This document shows positions 49,001 to 61,491 of a stretch of 64,000 nt of DNA, piece after piece. The stretch's first letter is position 1. Each line of letters opens with the position of its first letter. The DNA comes from Rhynchopus sp. YZ270_cl-10. Its lineage: Eukaryota. Both the position numbers and the translations under genes were made by a program. The notes under the pieces were generated by a model that made no database searches, was not told the origin of the DNA, and saw only the letters and a list, made by a program, of their open reading frames with translations. The stretch spans positions 1,364,001 through 1,428,000 of the forward strand of contig OZ037842.1 of assembly GCA_964035575.1 (NCBI GenBank). The letters are read 5' to 3'.

Positions 49001-49689
49001 GCACAGTCGGCACGGACGCAGCAGTTGGAAGAAAGCTTGCTGGAGGCGAATTCGGAGCGTTCTGCATTACAGACTGTATCAGACGAGTTGCGGGGCCTTC
49101 TCGAATCGGAGAGAAAAGAGCCCAAAGCGATGCAGAAGCTGAGAACAAACCAAGCACAGTGTATTGAGCTCGGAAACAGCCTTGCGAAGCTCGAAGGGGT
49201 GCTAGCAAGCAAACGCAACCTGGCACCGGCGGAGCAATGGACGGACGTTATGCTCTTTGTGCAGGCAGCCCGCGGGTGGTGGAAGGTATGCCCAAACAAA
49301 CAACCCACATCTTTTCTTTACGCCATGCGATAACGATTTATGACCAAGGTGACTCAGAGAGGCTTAGGTTCATCTTATTTTTTTGCGTTACCGCACAACC
49401 TCTCTTTTCAGGAGCGCTCCGTAGATATGTCATGAATACTCCCATACAGACTCCTCTGGTCCAACTTACCCAACTTTTTTTTTTTTGACAACAAGCAAGA
49501 TTTGTTTCGTGGTCTAAATGAAAGACCCCATATGCCACACCAACACAGAGCATGCTGAAGACCGCCTCCGTCACAGGGCAGCCCCTCTCCCTCGGCACGA
49601 CCCCCACCCGGCAGGTGGGCGGCAAACACTATCCCCCGGATTCGCCACAATCCCCGACCCGCTTCAGCGAGGCCAGCTTATCGCTGTGA
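46075..49689 (+). CDS. Large coiled-coil protein of unknown function (introns 46243-46330 and probably 49286-49548)
   Basis: 1068-codon ORF plus in-frame flanking exons joined by GTATGC..CAG introns. The last exon is uncertain (alternative acceptor at 49411). Confidence 0.75.
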
Positions 49690-50332
49690 ACTCCCCCTTT
49701 TTTTTTGATAAAACAACTTGTTGTCAATTCTAAAAAGATTGGAGGCAGCGCTGCAGGGCAAACAAAACGGATTGAAAAAAACAGAAACTTGCTTGTTTTC
49801 TTTGAGTACTCAATTAACCACAACAACCGTACTTCAGTTTAACACATTTTTTCACCTTTTTGTTTTCCCGGCTTTGAGCGCACAAACAAAAGACCCGATC
49901 TTTTTCTCTCTCTCTTTTCTCTATGTATGAGAAGTTTTCCCTTTTCTCATTAGGCTTTCCAAGTCTTATCTCCCCCACAACGTAGAAATACCCCCCACAC
50001 TCTACCCCAAATTCTCCCCCCAATGTGAGTAGAACAAAACAAAAGATTCAATTTTTCATACTGTTATTAGAAACCCGAATAAAGCCAATATTTACTCGCC
50101 TGATACCGACTATTTTATCCCTCCCCTTTTAAAAATCTCGCCAAATTCAGATCTCACGAAAATAATCTTTCCCCCTTTTTCCTGAGTAATCAAGATTGGC
50201 GGACTGTACCAGGTTTTAAGCACACCATAACCCCACCTCCCATCTCCAGCACACACAAAAAAAAGCCCCTCTCTCGGGGAATATCTACATCTCTTTCCCT
50301 AATTTATTTTGTTTTCTGGCGACAATTTGCAG

Positions 50333-53300
50333 ATGGCGAGCATGGGGGTGCCGAGAGGGAGGCGGAGTACCTCGCAGGGGGGGGGTAGGAGAGGGTCGCA
50401 GTCTCCTGCGGTGTCACGAGGTGCTCAGCAGAGTCAGGGACATCAACATCACTATCGTCGACGCACTGATCCTAACGATGCTTCCACCCCTGGACCAGGT
50501 GAATATAACCAAGATTATGGGACTATATTTAGAGGTGCCTTGCAGCTTCATAGGCAAGGTCATAATGCTCGAGGTTATTCTGCATTGACCAATCGCGGCA
50601 CCATGACGGAGAATGAGAGCCTTGAGGAGGAGGTTGCGCGACTCAACTCTCGGGTAGAAATATTGGTCCGTGCGGGGGCGGATTATCGGGAGAGGGTCGA
50701 TGATTTGTTTGCCGCGACGAAGCAGGAGGCGGAGAAGGATGCTGGGATGACAGTAGAACAGTTGCATGATATGAGAGTGTTGAATGAGCGTTTGGGGCAG
50801 AGGTTAGAGGAGTTGAATGCAGTGTGCGCGCAGGAAAGGGGGGCGAAGGAGCAGATGGTGCAGGAGTGTGAGACATTGCAAACGAAGGTTGGGGTATTGG
50901 AGGCGCAGGTTGACGAGTCTCGGGCAGCACAACGTCGTGTTGAAGCAGAGTTGGAGCAAACAGCGCATGACCAGCTGGAACAACAAAAGAGTGTCTCCAC
51001 ATCTCTTGCCGCCACTTCACGTCTCGAAAACGACATTGCAGATTTAAGACAACTCTGTGATACTCAAAAATCCACCATAAGCGAGCTCGAACGTCAGCTC
51101 GAAGACGCCCTAAGCAGATCCGACGCAGTGGAGACACTAACAGAGGAGAACGGAAGGCTCCACGCACAAAGAGAATCTCTGGATGAGCTGCTCCGTGCCT
51201 TGCAGACTCGGGTATGACCTTTCTGTTTGTGAATCTAAAATATTTTTTCTACAGAACCAAGAGTTAGAGCAAGACACCCGCCGTCTCACCAGAGACCTAG
51301 AGGAGCTCCCAAAGCAGGAGGCAGACCGTCTGAAGCAAAGCGAGGCGCAGACTGCAGAGAAGCTACGACAGCTTGAAGCTTCAAATCGGGTGTTGCTTCG
51401 TGATGCAGATCGGCGGAAACAGTCGGGGACGGAAGCAGCCACGCGGTTGCTTGCGAGCGAGAGACATTGCGAGACACTCGAAAACCGACTGGCTGAGATG
51501 ATGGTGCAGGACACCGATGGGCACACCACATCCTCTACCCCTTCATTGGCACCACTCCATGCAAAGCGGGATCAAGCCTGCGATCCTTGCTGTGATGAGC
51601 TCTTTGAGAACAGCATCCGTGATCTGCGCACCACACACGAACAGCTTCTCTCCGAACACCACCTCCTGCAGGAGCAGATGCGTCATGACAAAGCTGTCGA
51701 CACCCAGGTCCGCGACCTCTGCGAAGAACTCAACGACGAAGTTGCCCGCCTCGCAGACGAAAACGAAACCCTCCGAGAAGGGCTCCAAAGCATCGAAACC
51801 ACCTTCGGGCGCTTCCTCCCCCCTGACGAGACCACCGCCTCGCCGCCACGCATCGACGACATCCCAGACCGCCCCCGCCACCACCACAACACCATTCTCA
51901 ACACCAAAGACGCTTTTGTACAAACCCCACCCCTCGCAGTCCAACGCCCTCCCAGCCCCAGGCAACAACACGCCATCCCCGGCCCCACTGTCCGAGAAGT
52001 CCAATTAGAGTCAGAAATTGCGTCCCTCAAAAAGCAAAGAGAAGAGGAAAGAGCCGCTGCGACAGAGGCATTTAAACAGAAAATCCGAGAGTTGCTTCGG
52101 CAGTTTGGCCGTGAGGCGGAGGTTTCCAATGTTGAGGTGCAGATCTGCTATCCTGGCGAGGTGCTACCATTCCAGCAGGGAACTCCGGTGCAAATTAGGA
52201 ACAGCCAAAAACAGAATATTTCTCATGATGACTGCAGCCTTTTAAGACGTCGAACTGCGGAAGCCGATACTGCTGAAAGGCGACTTGAAGCTGCGACTCA
52301 GGTTGCACAACAATTACAAGATGAAAACGAAGACCTAAAAGAGCACGTCAGAAGGCTGCTCTCTTCGGACCCTGCAGCAAGGTCGGTGCATGCGTTGCTG
52401 GCAACTGCGATTCGGTCTGCCGAGAAGAGGATTAACGGCACGCTCTCGAGGTTTAAGAATGTACTGAGGAGCCGTGCAGTGTTGGTGAATATGCTCTCTG
52501 CCGCAAGAACGTCGCTTTCGCATATGCGAGACCTGGCAGGGGAGGTGCATCTCTGGCTGCGTACCTCTCTCGCGAACAACCCTAGCTTCCTTGCAGACCT
52601 CCACCCCCGCCTCGATGCCCTCTGCACAGCAATAGATGAGACCCGTGCGGCACACCGTACAATCGCATCAGAATGTCTTACACCATGGGAAAAACAAAAT
52701 GCAGGCATCGCCGCAGACACAAAGAAACCCCCAACACGAGACATTCCAGCAGAGCTTCGCGCGACGGAGGAGCTTCTCTCGACGCTGTGGGTGACGTTTA
52801 CGATGCCAAAGTATGAATGGGAAGATGGGGAAAATGGTTTTGCGGAAAAAAAGATAATGAAAAGAATATGTTGCGGAACAACTACACTGTTCTCGCAGGG
52901 TAAAAAATGCGTGGAGCTTACGGAAAAAAAAGCGAGGTGTCTGAGGTGTTATCAATTATTCGATTATTCAATTGTTCAGGAGGGGGGGGGGAAATTAAAT
53001 ATCATTTGCAGGACATTGCCAAGTCTGAAGTCGGATCGCAGGTTGTATGGCCCCGTATCACCGCAGCCAAGAGGGCATGGGGGTGGTCAGGATGTGGTAT
53101 GTTCCCTGGTCGTGTTTGCACATCACACATTTCATTTTTTTTTGTTTTCTCTATGGTGTTTGTGCTTTTCGGATTCATTTCACAATGGATGAATTTGCTC
53201 AAAAAATATTCCCTCTTTCTACAGATGTACGCACCAACGGCACATTTAGGTTCGTTGTCACCAGAACCGCACAGCGGGGCACAGACACGTGGGACAGGGA

Positions 53301-53497
53301 AGTGGGCAGGGAGGCAGCAAAGGCGGAAACACTCTCCGGTATGTGGTCGTTTCCGTGTGTTCCACCGCGATAACGATGGTGGTAAAGATGTGTGTGTGCA
53401 CGAGAGGCACAATTCATCTGACAACTTTTCTTTCCTTTGGTTCTATTTACGCATCTATTTTTTGACAAACCACAACAACAACAACAGTCGTCGATAG
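50333..53497 (+). CDS. Coiled-coil protein of unknown function (introns 51212-51254, 52811-52898, further 3' introns likely)
   Basis: ORFs 50309 and 51183 are joined in frame by a 43-nt intron; the 3' exon structure and end are approximate. Confidence 0.7.
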
Positions 53498-53689
53498 ACG
53501 CGATGTCACCTCTTGCCTTTCACCCTGACGAACCGGGCATGTAGTTGCTGAAAATTGAGGTTTTTTTTAGGGGGTAATTCCCCGAGTGCGAAATATATCA
53601 ACACGTAGCTGTGTTGATCCTGTATGTATCATCCACGCATTTTATTGCGGGGAGGAAGAAAAAGTAATGAAAAAAAGTGCAAGAACAAG

Positions 53690-53762
53690 CACGGTGGCCT
53701 TTCGGACCCTTTGGGGGGGTACCCCGTGGACCCTACCCTGAGGGTCCGTGAAGGCCACTGTC
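53690..53762. mobile_element. Miniature derivative of transposon A family
   Basis: cacggtggcctttcggaccct..ggggtacccc..agggtccgtgaaggccactgt. Confidence 0.7.
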
Positions 53763-53835
53763 CCAATATCAGAGAATTTCAGGAACGATAATGGAAGGGG
53801 AAACGTAGATCTCCCTCCAGTGGGGGGGTTGTTGT

Positions 53836-54658
53836 TTTTATCCACGCGCGTGAAGCTTTATTTTCCTCGCCCACCCAAAAGTACGTGGAGGGGTGTGAAA
53901 ATAAAATTTTTATTTTCACCCTGTGAAAATAAAAATTTTATTTTCACCGTTTTTTTTCACCCGTCTTAAGCCCCCAAACACCCCCAAACTCACCCTATTT
54001 TTTTCGAGTTTTTTTTTCCCCCAGGGTATCTGGACTGGGGTGGGGGGACGGGGCGTGCATGGTGGTAGCTACAAACTTGTTGGAGTAGCCCTCGAGCTGT
54101 GTCAGCGGAGGTAATATATTTTAGGGTAAATTGCGATAGCACGTACAAAAAGTGTGCGTGTTATCGCGAACAAAAACGTACGTGTTTTCCCCAGGTACCC
54201 AGTACCAGTACCCCCAATGACATAACGAAGTATCGCTTGAAAGTATCGTTCAATAACCTTGGGTGTGCAGGTGAAGTAGGACACACAAGGTATATCAAAC
54301 GATAAATCAATCAGATAAACGTTACATCATCGGAAAATTGTTGGCACCGCCCCCCTGTCTTCGTATTTAGTACGTCGACAGGCCAAACAGCATTGGGCTC
54401 AGAAGAAGCGGTGCAAGACACTGGAGATCCACACTACAGGTCTCACACGACACTTGGGCGGGCTCGGAAAATAAAGCTTCACACTTATGGATAAAATTAT
54501 GTCTTGGAGTAGAAAATAAGCGTTTTTTTCACCTCGTTGGTGTTTTCAACCCTCGTGACTTTAATTCCCTCGCTTCGCTCGTGAATTAAAGTAACTCGGG
54601 TTGAAAACACCAACTCGGTGAAAAAAACGACTTATTTTCACTCCAATAAATAGCTATT
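53836..54658. mobile_element. Second copy of the palindromic (Crypton-like) module family
   Basis: IR at 53836-53866/54467-54497, then a long hairpin at 54505-54646 with a ccctcgcttcgctcg core and aataaatagctatt end, as at 22519-23110. Confidence 0.65.
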
Positions 54659-55604
54659 TTGGGGGGTCTTTTTCAAAGAAAATAGTGTTTGTAACTAGAA
54701 TTTTTATTCAAGAACGGGGGGGGTTTTTTTTGTGCCGTGTGTATACCCTGCACACATTCCAGAAAATTTACCTCCCCCTTTTTTACATAGATTTTAAGTA
54801 CGCGATGTTTGAGGGTCACAGTGCCAGATAAATAGCCCCCGTTTAGTTGACCCTTGTGTTAGCCTGTTATGTTGTGTTTTGATTTGTACGAAGATTTTTT
54901 GGGAAGCAAAAAAAAAAAGGAACAGGGAAGAGACCCCAATCATGAAAATACCCCCTTAATACAATCTGAGCTCTGTAATCCAAATGCGAGATTTTTTTTT
55001 TTTTTTTAAACAGCAGCAGCAATTAATATACGCTGTTTTGGCGGTATTTCTTATCAGGAAAATATAGCTTTTGCTTTAGCTTCCTTTTACGCCAGCAAAA
55101 AAAGGAAGAAATTCGGGTTCTTATACATTGTGTGCTTCGTTAGATTATTAGAACCAACATGGTCTACCCCTGTCCACTTGATAAATTGTTGGAGTAGTGT
55201 AGTGGTCTTGGTTGTGTTGCCACAGTTGTGCAATCTCCACTTTAAAAACTTTTTTCCCACATTTGGTGTTCCGGAAACACCTGTCAAGGACATGTCAACG
55301 ACATGTCAATATGGGCCCCCTCCGAAGCACCAACATTGCTTTCAAAAAAGAAAAAAAAAAACATTTCAAGTGTTTTAAAGGATGCAAGTGTCCTAATCCC
55401 GACCATCTTTTCAAAACAGCTTTCCACCCCCCCTTTTATTACCAACCAAAGGAGTACAATTAGATATAAAAAAGATAGCACCGTCTGCCATTTTTACCTA
55501 CACCTCCCTAGAGCATATCCCCCTCCCTCCTGGTAACTTAGCCTTCAGATACACCCATATATTTACATTACACGATTTTCATTTAACCCTGTTTTTCCTG
55601 AAAA

Positions 55605-55982
55605 ATGCAGGCCTTTTTTTGTGTGGTTCTTTTCGCATTGAGTGTCGTGGGTTTGGGAGAGGATGAAGGGGATGACTTGTACGAACGGAGTTTCGACCCG
55701 AGTGATAGCCAATACCGTGTGGATGGGTGTGTGGGGTGCAAATCAGCGTTTGACTTCATCGACAGCCAGCTGCAGAAGCCTTATGCAGGGCAGTCCGACG
55801 CCATGCTGGAGGCACAGATAATCGACGCAAACCCTTGCCAATGGGCAGTTGGGTCCACGCAGGCGAAGTGCTACACAGTCATCGAGACACTCGAAGACGA
55901 AGGAGCACTTCTCTCATACATCCACAAACGCACACCATCCGCAGAAGGCCGCGCACAGCACTGCGAGCGGTGGTGCAAATAG
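55605..55982 (+). CDS. Small secreted saposin-B-like protein
   Basis: Signal peptide; six-Cys pattern CxxC..C..C..C-x3-C. Confidence 0.65.
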   Translation: MQAFFCVVLFALSVVGLGEDEGDDLYERSFDPSDSQYRVDGCVGCKSAFDFIDSQLQKPYAGQSDAMLEAQIIDANPCQWAVGSTQAKCYTVIETLEDEGALLSYIHKRTPSAEGRAQHCERWCK

Positions 55983-56135
55983 GAACGCCCTTTAGCGGTT
56001 AGATTAAACTAATAGCCCCCCATCTCCACATTTTTTTTTAAAACTTTCCACTCCACCAGATACAATACATATTCCCTACAGACATCTACCCCCCCCTCCC
56101 CTCCCCTCTCCCATCTCCCCCCCAGATGAACACCC

Positions 56136-58310
56136 ATGCCGCTCGTTCTAACAAACAAGACGCGCAATGAGAGGAAAAAGAAGCGGGGCCGTGCGCAGCC
56201 GGCGACTGACGATTTTTCAAACACGATTGCCTCGTGGACGCCGTCACAGAATGCGAGCTCTGTTCGCGAGACCATGGTAGATGGGCACCTGAAGCGTGTG
56301 TACAACCCAACCAGGCTGACGAAGGGGAGCACCAGGCCTCTCACATCGGCGAAGGTGAAGGTGGTTGGATCGCTTGCGAAGTCACATCAGATCGAAGGTG
56401 ACGGCCTCCTCCCACTGCTTTACCACCACCTCTACAAAAAAACCTGGAACAGCAACAAAGAGTTTCAGTCCTGCCCCGGCGCACGCTGTCCCGATACAGT
56501 GGTGTACGAACACAACTTCCCACAGCATTGGTACACCTTCGACACGAAGCACCAAGAGATCCAGAAGCGGCCTGGGTCATTCCTCGATACGGCGCAGATC
56601 CTCAAGTTTTTTTCGCGCCCGGTGACGAAGAGGTTTGCGATTGTTGCGCAGTACATCTTTGCGACGGACAACCCTGCGACGGAAGAGCCGGACCTCAGCG
56701 TTGAGTTCTTCTCTGCAGAGACGTTGAAGGACTTTCTGCACAACAGAAAGAACCACCCTGACGGCATACTACAGCGCTTCGTCGTTCCTAAGGGGGAGCG
56801 CAACTTTCAGCTCCAAGCCATATGGTCGCCCAACGTCACATTAGTCTACAAACGAACAAACAACATCCGTCTAAGCGACAGAACCTCCAGCTTCTACGAC
56901 AGAGCCGTCACCTGCGACGGCCCCTCACACTACACAAGAGAGGATCTCATAGCAGAGCAGACGCGCAAAGAAGTTATCCGAATCTGCGACAGATTTGTCC
57001 AACATTTTCATTCAACCGAACACAAACCCATCAGCCGCCTAGTAATGTACTTTAAGGTAGATGACAAAGACAATGTCTGGATTTTGTGGGCAAGCAGTCT
57101 GCGTATTGGGCAGTCCAAATTTTCAATTCTTGCTGAGCGGGCACCGGTAAATCTTGCGACGAACTTTGTGACGCCCGAAGAAGAATTTATGAAGAAGTGC
57201 GAAGATGTGGAGGGGGCTGCTCTGGACAAGAAGCTTTTGACGAACGACACGAAGCAGTACGAGCTGTCCTCGGATATGATCTTTGCGGCCACCTTCTGCT
57301 CGGACTACGCTATCTCTGAGATGTCCATGACACCACAACGTGCCGGGTGCACTGTACCTTCCCCTGCCTTTGAAGCAATCAACGCGAACGGCAAGGCCAC
57401 CCCCAGCACGCAACGACTCGAACCCTCACGCCCAGTTAGCTCCCGTTCAGGTAGGTCCGGTAGAGCGCGCCTCAGGTTTCGGCAACGTGACAGCCCATCA
57501 GTGTGTTCTGCAGACAGAGATACCGACGGCATGTCTTACATAGGGTCTGCCCAGGCTAGCCCTAGCAATGAGACCCGAAGTCGCGTTCGTGATCGAGATT
57601 TTGTTAGTTCAGATCGACCCCCATTTCTTCCGTCCCCCAAGCTCTCCACCAGCGTTCCACCCCTATGGGAGAAGGCAAACCCTTTTCACAGAAAGGCCTT
57701 GGTTCTTGGCTTTACATTTGATGAGGTGGGTTCACAGCGGTCACAACGGAGTCCTGCGTCAGGCAGGCTCACCCAGACTGGGCCAGAGATGACTGACTAT
57801 CCCACTATACGATACCTTACATCAAGCCCTGGGGGGATGGGTGAACCCGAAGCCGTGCTCGACCCAGCCACCGCCCTGCGGTACCAAGCCATCATCCAGG
57901 CTGAGGAAGCTGTCATTCAGTGGGCCAAGGATGAGTTGTACTGCATCTATAGCCACACCTTGAACCACGAGATGACAAATTCCCGCGCATACCTCACACA
58001 GATACCGGAAGATGTCCGCAAGCATCTGAAAGGCGCCAACGGAGAATGCACGCAAATCAATGCAATCGCCAGCGCCCTAGGTCTCGCCACCTGGGAAGGA
58101 GAGCCACACACTCTGGTCCACGGACGGCAGGTAAAGGAAGACGCGCCTCTCTACTATTTCCAAGGGTACTCCTCCATGAGACAGCAGGAGGGATACCTCC
58201 CCAGATTGGGGCTAGGTGCGGACAGACCCATGGCTCATATGGAGGAAGAAATCACCAGCGTTGTCGCAAAGATGTTCCAAGAGCAAAGAGAACAGGCGGG
58301 GAACGCATAA
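56136..58310 (+). CDS. Conserved hypothetical protein (globular N-half, low-complexity middle)
   Basis: 724-codon ORF with coding-like composition. ILQRFVVPKG..WSP and YFKVDDKDNVWILWASSLR blocks are loosely ATP-grasp-like. Confidence 0.75.
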   Translation: MPLVLTNKTRNERKKKRGRAQPATDDFSNTIASWTPSQNASSVRETMVDGHLKRVYNPTRLTKGSTRPLTSAKVKVVGSLAKSHQIEGDGLLPLLYHHLYKKTWNSNKEFQSCPGARCPDTVVYEHNFPQHWYTFDTKHQEIQKRPGSFLDTAQILKFFSRPVTKRFAIVAQYIFATDNPATEEPDLSVEFFSAETLKDFLHNRKNHPDGILQRFVVPKGERNFQLQAIWSPNVTLVYKRTNNIRLSDRTSSFYDRAVTCDGPSHYTREDLIAEQTRKEVIRICDRFVQHFHSTEHKPISRLVMYFKVDDKDNVWILWASSLRIGQSKFSILAERAPVNLATNFVTPEEEFMKKCEDVEGAALDKKLLTNDTKQYELSSDMIFAATFCSDYAISEMSMTPQRAGCTVPSPAFEAINANGKATPSTQRLEPSRPVSSRSGRSGRARLRFRQRDSPSVCSADRDTDGMSYIGSAQASPSNETRSRVRDRDFVSSDRPPFLPSPKLSTSVPPLWEKANPFHRKALVLGFTFDEVGSQRSQRSPASGRLTQTGPEMTDYPTIRYLTSSPGGMGEPEAVLDPATALRYQAIIQAEEAVIQWAKDELYCIYSHTLNHEMTNSRAYLTQIPEDVRKHLKGANGECTQINAIASALGLATWEGEPHTLVHGRQVKEDAPLYYFQGYSSMRQQEGYLPRLGLGADRPMAHMEEEITSVVAKMFQEQREQAGNA

Positions 58311-58903
58311 TTTCCCCACAAATTCCAATTTTATCAGAAAAGAGGGGGAAAAGAAGCTTACGATTTCTGTAAGTTTTAAGTTTATTGTTGATTGAGCGGC
58401 CCTGTGTATGGGGTCGGCATGGAATTGTATTTTCCACTCTTATGTTTGAAGGTTGAGCAATAACCTAAGCACTGTCAGGTTTAGGTTAGTTTCTTACAAA
58501 AAAATACCCTTTGTTTTCTATTAAGCGCAGTATCGACAGTACTAAAATAACCCCTCCCCTAGAAATCCTCACCCTCCGTCTTCCGATGGGGGGGTCATGG
58601 ATATGTTAGGGGAAGGGCAGGAGAGGTAGGGAAGTGGAGACTGATGACTACACGAGAGAAATACCAAACGGGCAGATTTATTTTTTTTTCTCTTTCCCCC
58701 TACTCCCCCCTCACCCCCTCTAGTTGCACCCCAATGCCTCTGGACAGCAGCACGGTGACCATGGAAGCCGGCATCCGATAATGAGTGATAAAAACCGAAA
58801 ATGGTGTTTTACCCTTCATCAAAATAAAAACAACACCGCGATCATTACACCCTCACCCCCTCACCCCCTCGCACCTTCACCTTCAGAAAAGAGCGCCCCC
58901 AAA

Positions 58904-60025
58904 ATGAAATATTTAAACAACTCCGATGAAATCTCGCCAACCTCCATCGCTATTGAGGGTGCGGAGGAGAAGGTTGCTGATGTCGTACGGGAGATTGTGG
59001 GATGGACAGGAGAGGCGACTGTGAAGACGATAAGCGGCGGGATTACAAACGTTCTGTACAAGGTGGACTTGCACGATGCGGAGACGGACACCACGAACTC
59101 TGCGTTGGTCCGCATCTACGGGAGCAACACGGAGATCATGATCGACCGCAAGGTGGAGAACCGGGTGTTCGCAGATCTCTCCCGCCAGGGCTTTGCGCCT
59201 ACCTACTACGGACAGTTCCAGACAGGCCGTGTGGAAGGGTACCTCAACGCACGCAACCTCACCCCAGAGGAGATGGCGATTCCCAGCGTCTCCCCTCTCA
59301 TCGCAAACGAACTCTGCCGTATGCACAACCTCACCATCGAGCCGACCACCCCCGCCATGCTCTGGGACAAACTGGACCTCTGGCTTAAAATGGCAATCGA
59401 AGTAAAATTCGACCGTGGCACCGAAAAGGACGCAACCCTCGCAAAACAGCAAAAAGCCCTCAAACTCGCCTCCGTCTTCAAGCTCCAATACAAATGGTAC
59501 AAAAACAAGATGTCCGAGCCCAACACAGTCGACCCTTTCCTGATGGACACCGTCTTCTCACACAACGACATTCTCAGTGGAAACGTTCTTGTGGATAAGG
59601 AGGAGGAAGAGGCAGGGAGGTTGACCCACGTTACCTTTATCGATTATGAGTATGGTGGGTATAATTTTAGGGGGTTCGACTTTGCGAATCATTTTTGCGA
59701 GTGTGCAGGGTTTGATTTTGATATTGTGAATCAGTACCCGAATAGGGACACGAGACAGAGGTTTGTGGCAGAATACGCGAAGAGGTGTGGAAAGCAGATT
59801 CGCGACATCGACGACATGGTTGACGGCGTAGACAAGTTCTGTCTCGCTTCGGACCTCTGGTGGGGCTTCTGGGCCGTCCTCCAAGCGCGCCACTCCCCCA
59901 TCGACTTTGACTTCATGGGATATGCCCACCTCCGTCTTGCCTCTTTCCTTTACCACAAAGCAATCTATTTTAATGATCCTGATTCTGTTCTCGACTTTGA
60001 AGATTACAAAAAGATGCTTGCTTGA
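58904..60025 (+). CDS. Choline/ethanolamine kinase
   Basis: SGGITN, LVRIYG, FSHNDILSGNVL (Brenner motif), IDYEY..YN.RGFDFANHFCE; ATG at 58904. Confidence 0.95.
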   Translation: MKYLNNSDEISPTSIAIEGAEEKVADVVREIVGWTGEATVKTISGGITNVLYKVDLHDAETDTTNSALVRIYGSNTEIMIDRKVENRVFADLSRQGFAPTYYGQFQTGRVEGYLNARNLTPEEMAIPSVSPLIANELCRMHNLTIEPTTPAMLWDKLDLWLKMAIEVKFDRGTEKDATLAKQQKALKLASVFKLQYKWYKNKMSEPNTVDPFLMDTVFSHNDILSGNVLVDKEEEEAGRLTHVTFIDYEYGGYNFRGFDFANHFCECAGFDFDIVNQYPNRDTRQRFVAEYAKRCGKQIRDIDDMVDGVDKFCLASDLWWGFWAVLQARHSPIDFDFMGYAHLRLASFLYHKAIYFNDPDSVLDFEDYKKMLA

Positions 60026-61491
60026 AAGGAAAATTCTCAATTTTATGTGGGGTAGGATGACCCCATCCCAGATGGCTGTTTGTGCGGTGTTTTGTGGGGA
60101 GAGAAAGAGAGGGTGAGAGGGTACCTCCAGTAATCCTTGTGAGGTTGCTGAGGTTAGTTTCTGTGTGGGGAAAAGGGGGGAAGGGGGCTTTCCTCCTTAT
60201 TTTAAAAATGGGGATGTAATTTCATTTCTATTTTTTTGTTCGCCTTCTGCTTTGCGGTGTATTTTTTTTTCCTCCGACAGGAGCCTCAGTGCATTTTTTG
60301 AACTGTCAACTTCACCCTTTTTCCCAAGTAGTTTTCAAGGTGATTGAGCATAAGAAGCTTAGGTTCATCTCATAAACTTTTCTTTTTTTTCCTCCCCCCC
60401 CCCTCTGCGATTTTCTTACTAGAGAGAGTTACAGATCGTCTCTCAGCTCCGACCAATGCGTGCATGTGATAGCCCTAAATGAAGTTACCTGAAGAAAGTG
60501 AATATTTGCACAAAAAAAGGCAGTTTCACGACTTTCAGTACTCTTATTTCCCCCTTTTAAAAAAAAAAACGAAATAGTGGAATCATTACTAACGCCTCAA
60601 TAAACTGCGTCGTTTTTCTTTTCTTTTCCCCCTTCTACGCGTTTTTCTTGAGGTGTTCAGTTTTTTTGTTATCCACTGTGGTGCGGTCAGCAACCCAGTT
60701 CCCAAGCCTGACCACACTACCACTAATATATTTTATTTTTATTTTTATGGATGAATGTGTACGAGAGACGCATGCATCTATTCAAGTAGTTTATGTGTCG
60801 ACCCTCTCAAATACTTTCAATTCTGTGAGCTGAAAGTATATGAATCTAAGTAGTTTCCCCCCCCTCTTTCCCCTCTTCCCAAAGCAATATTACGAAAAAA
60901 AACCCCCCGCGAATTGCGAACGTTGTAACCATCCCTCCCAGTCTCCTTTCAAGGGCATTGCAGCTATTTTAAAGCCCAGGTGTTGGCCCCCTCTCTCGCC
61001 TAAAATTTTACGCAAAGAAAAACGAATAATAAGGCACAACTTATTTGAAAAAAAAAAAACCTGAAAAATAATTATGGGAAGTCGTGAGACAGGGTTGGGT
61101 ATGGGCAACACATTAAAAGAAAACAAAACCGGTTTAACAAATAGGGTTTCTTGGGAACCACTAACGCAGAAGAAAAAAAAAAAACACTCCCCCCCGCCCC
61201 TTTCCTCCTCAACTTTACACCCTGTTACCATTCCCCTCAGAACGCCATTTTCCCCCCAACCGGACCCTACATCACACAAGATTCGCGTCCCTGTTTGCAA
61301 TGATCCCCGTTCATCTGGTTGATGAGTGGAAGCGGGAGTAGCACAAATCAGATGTAAACGAAATGGATGTAGGGACTGCATGGTTGGGTGTCCAGCCCCC
61401 CGGTACAGCCGGTCATACCAAAGGTACACTGTTCACGAGAGGGCTTTGAATTTCAACTCTACTTTTTTCCACAGCAAAACCTTACACACTA

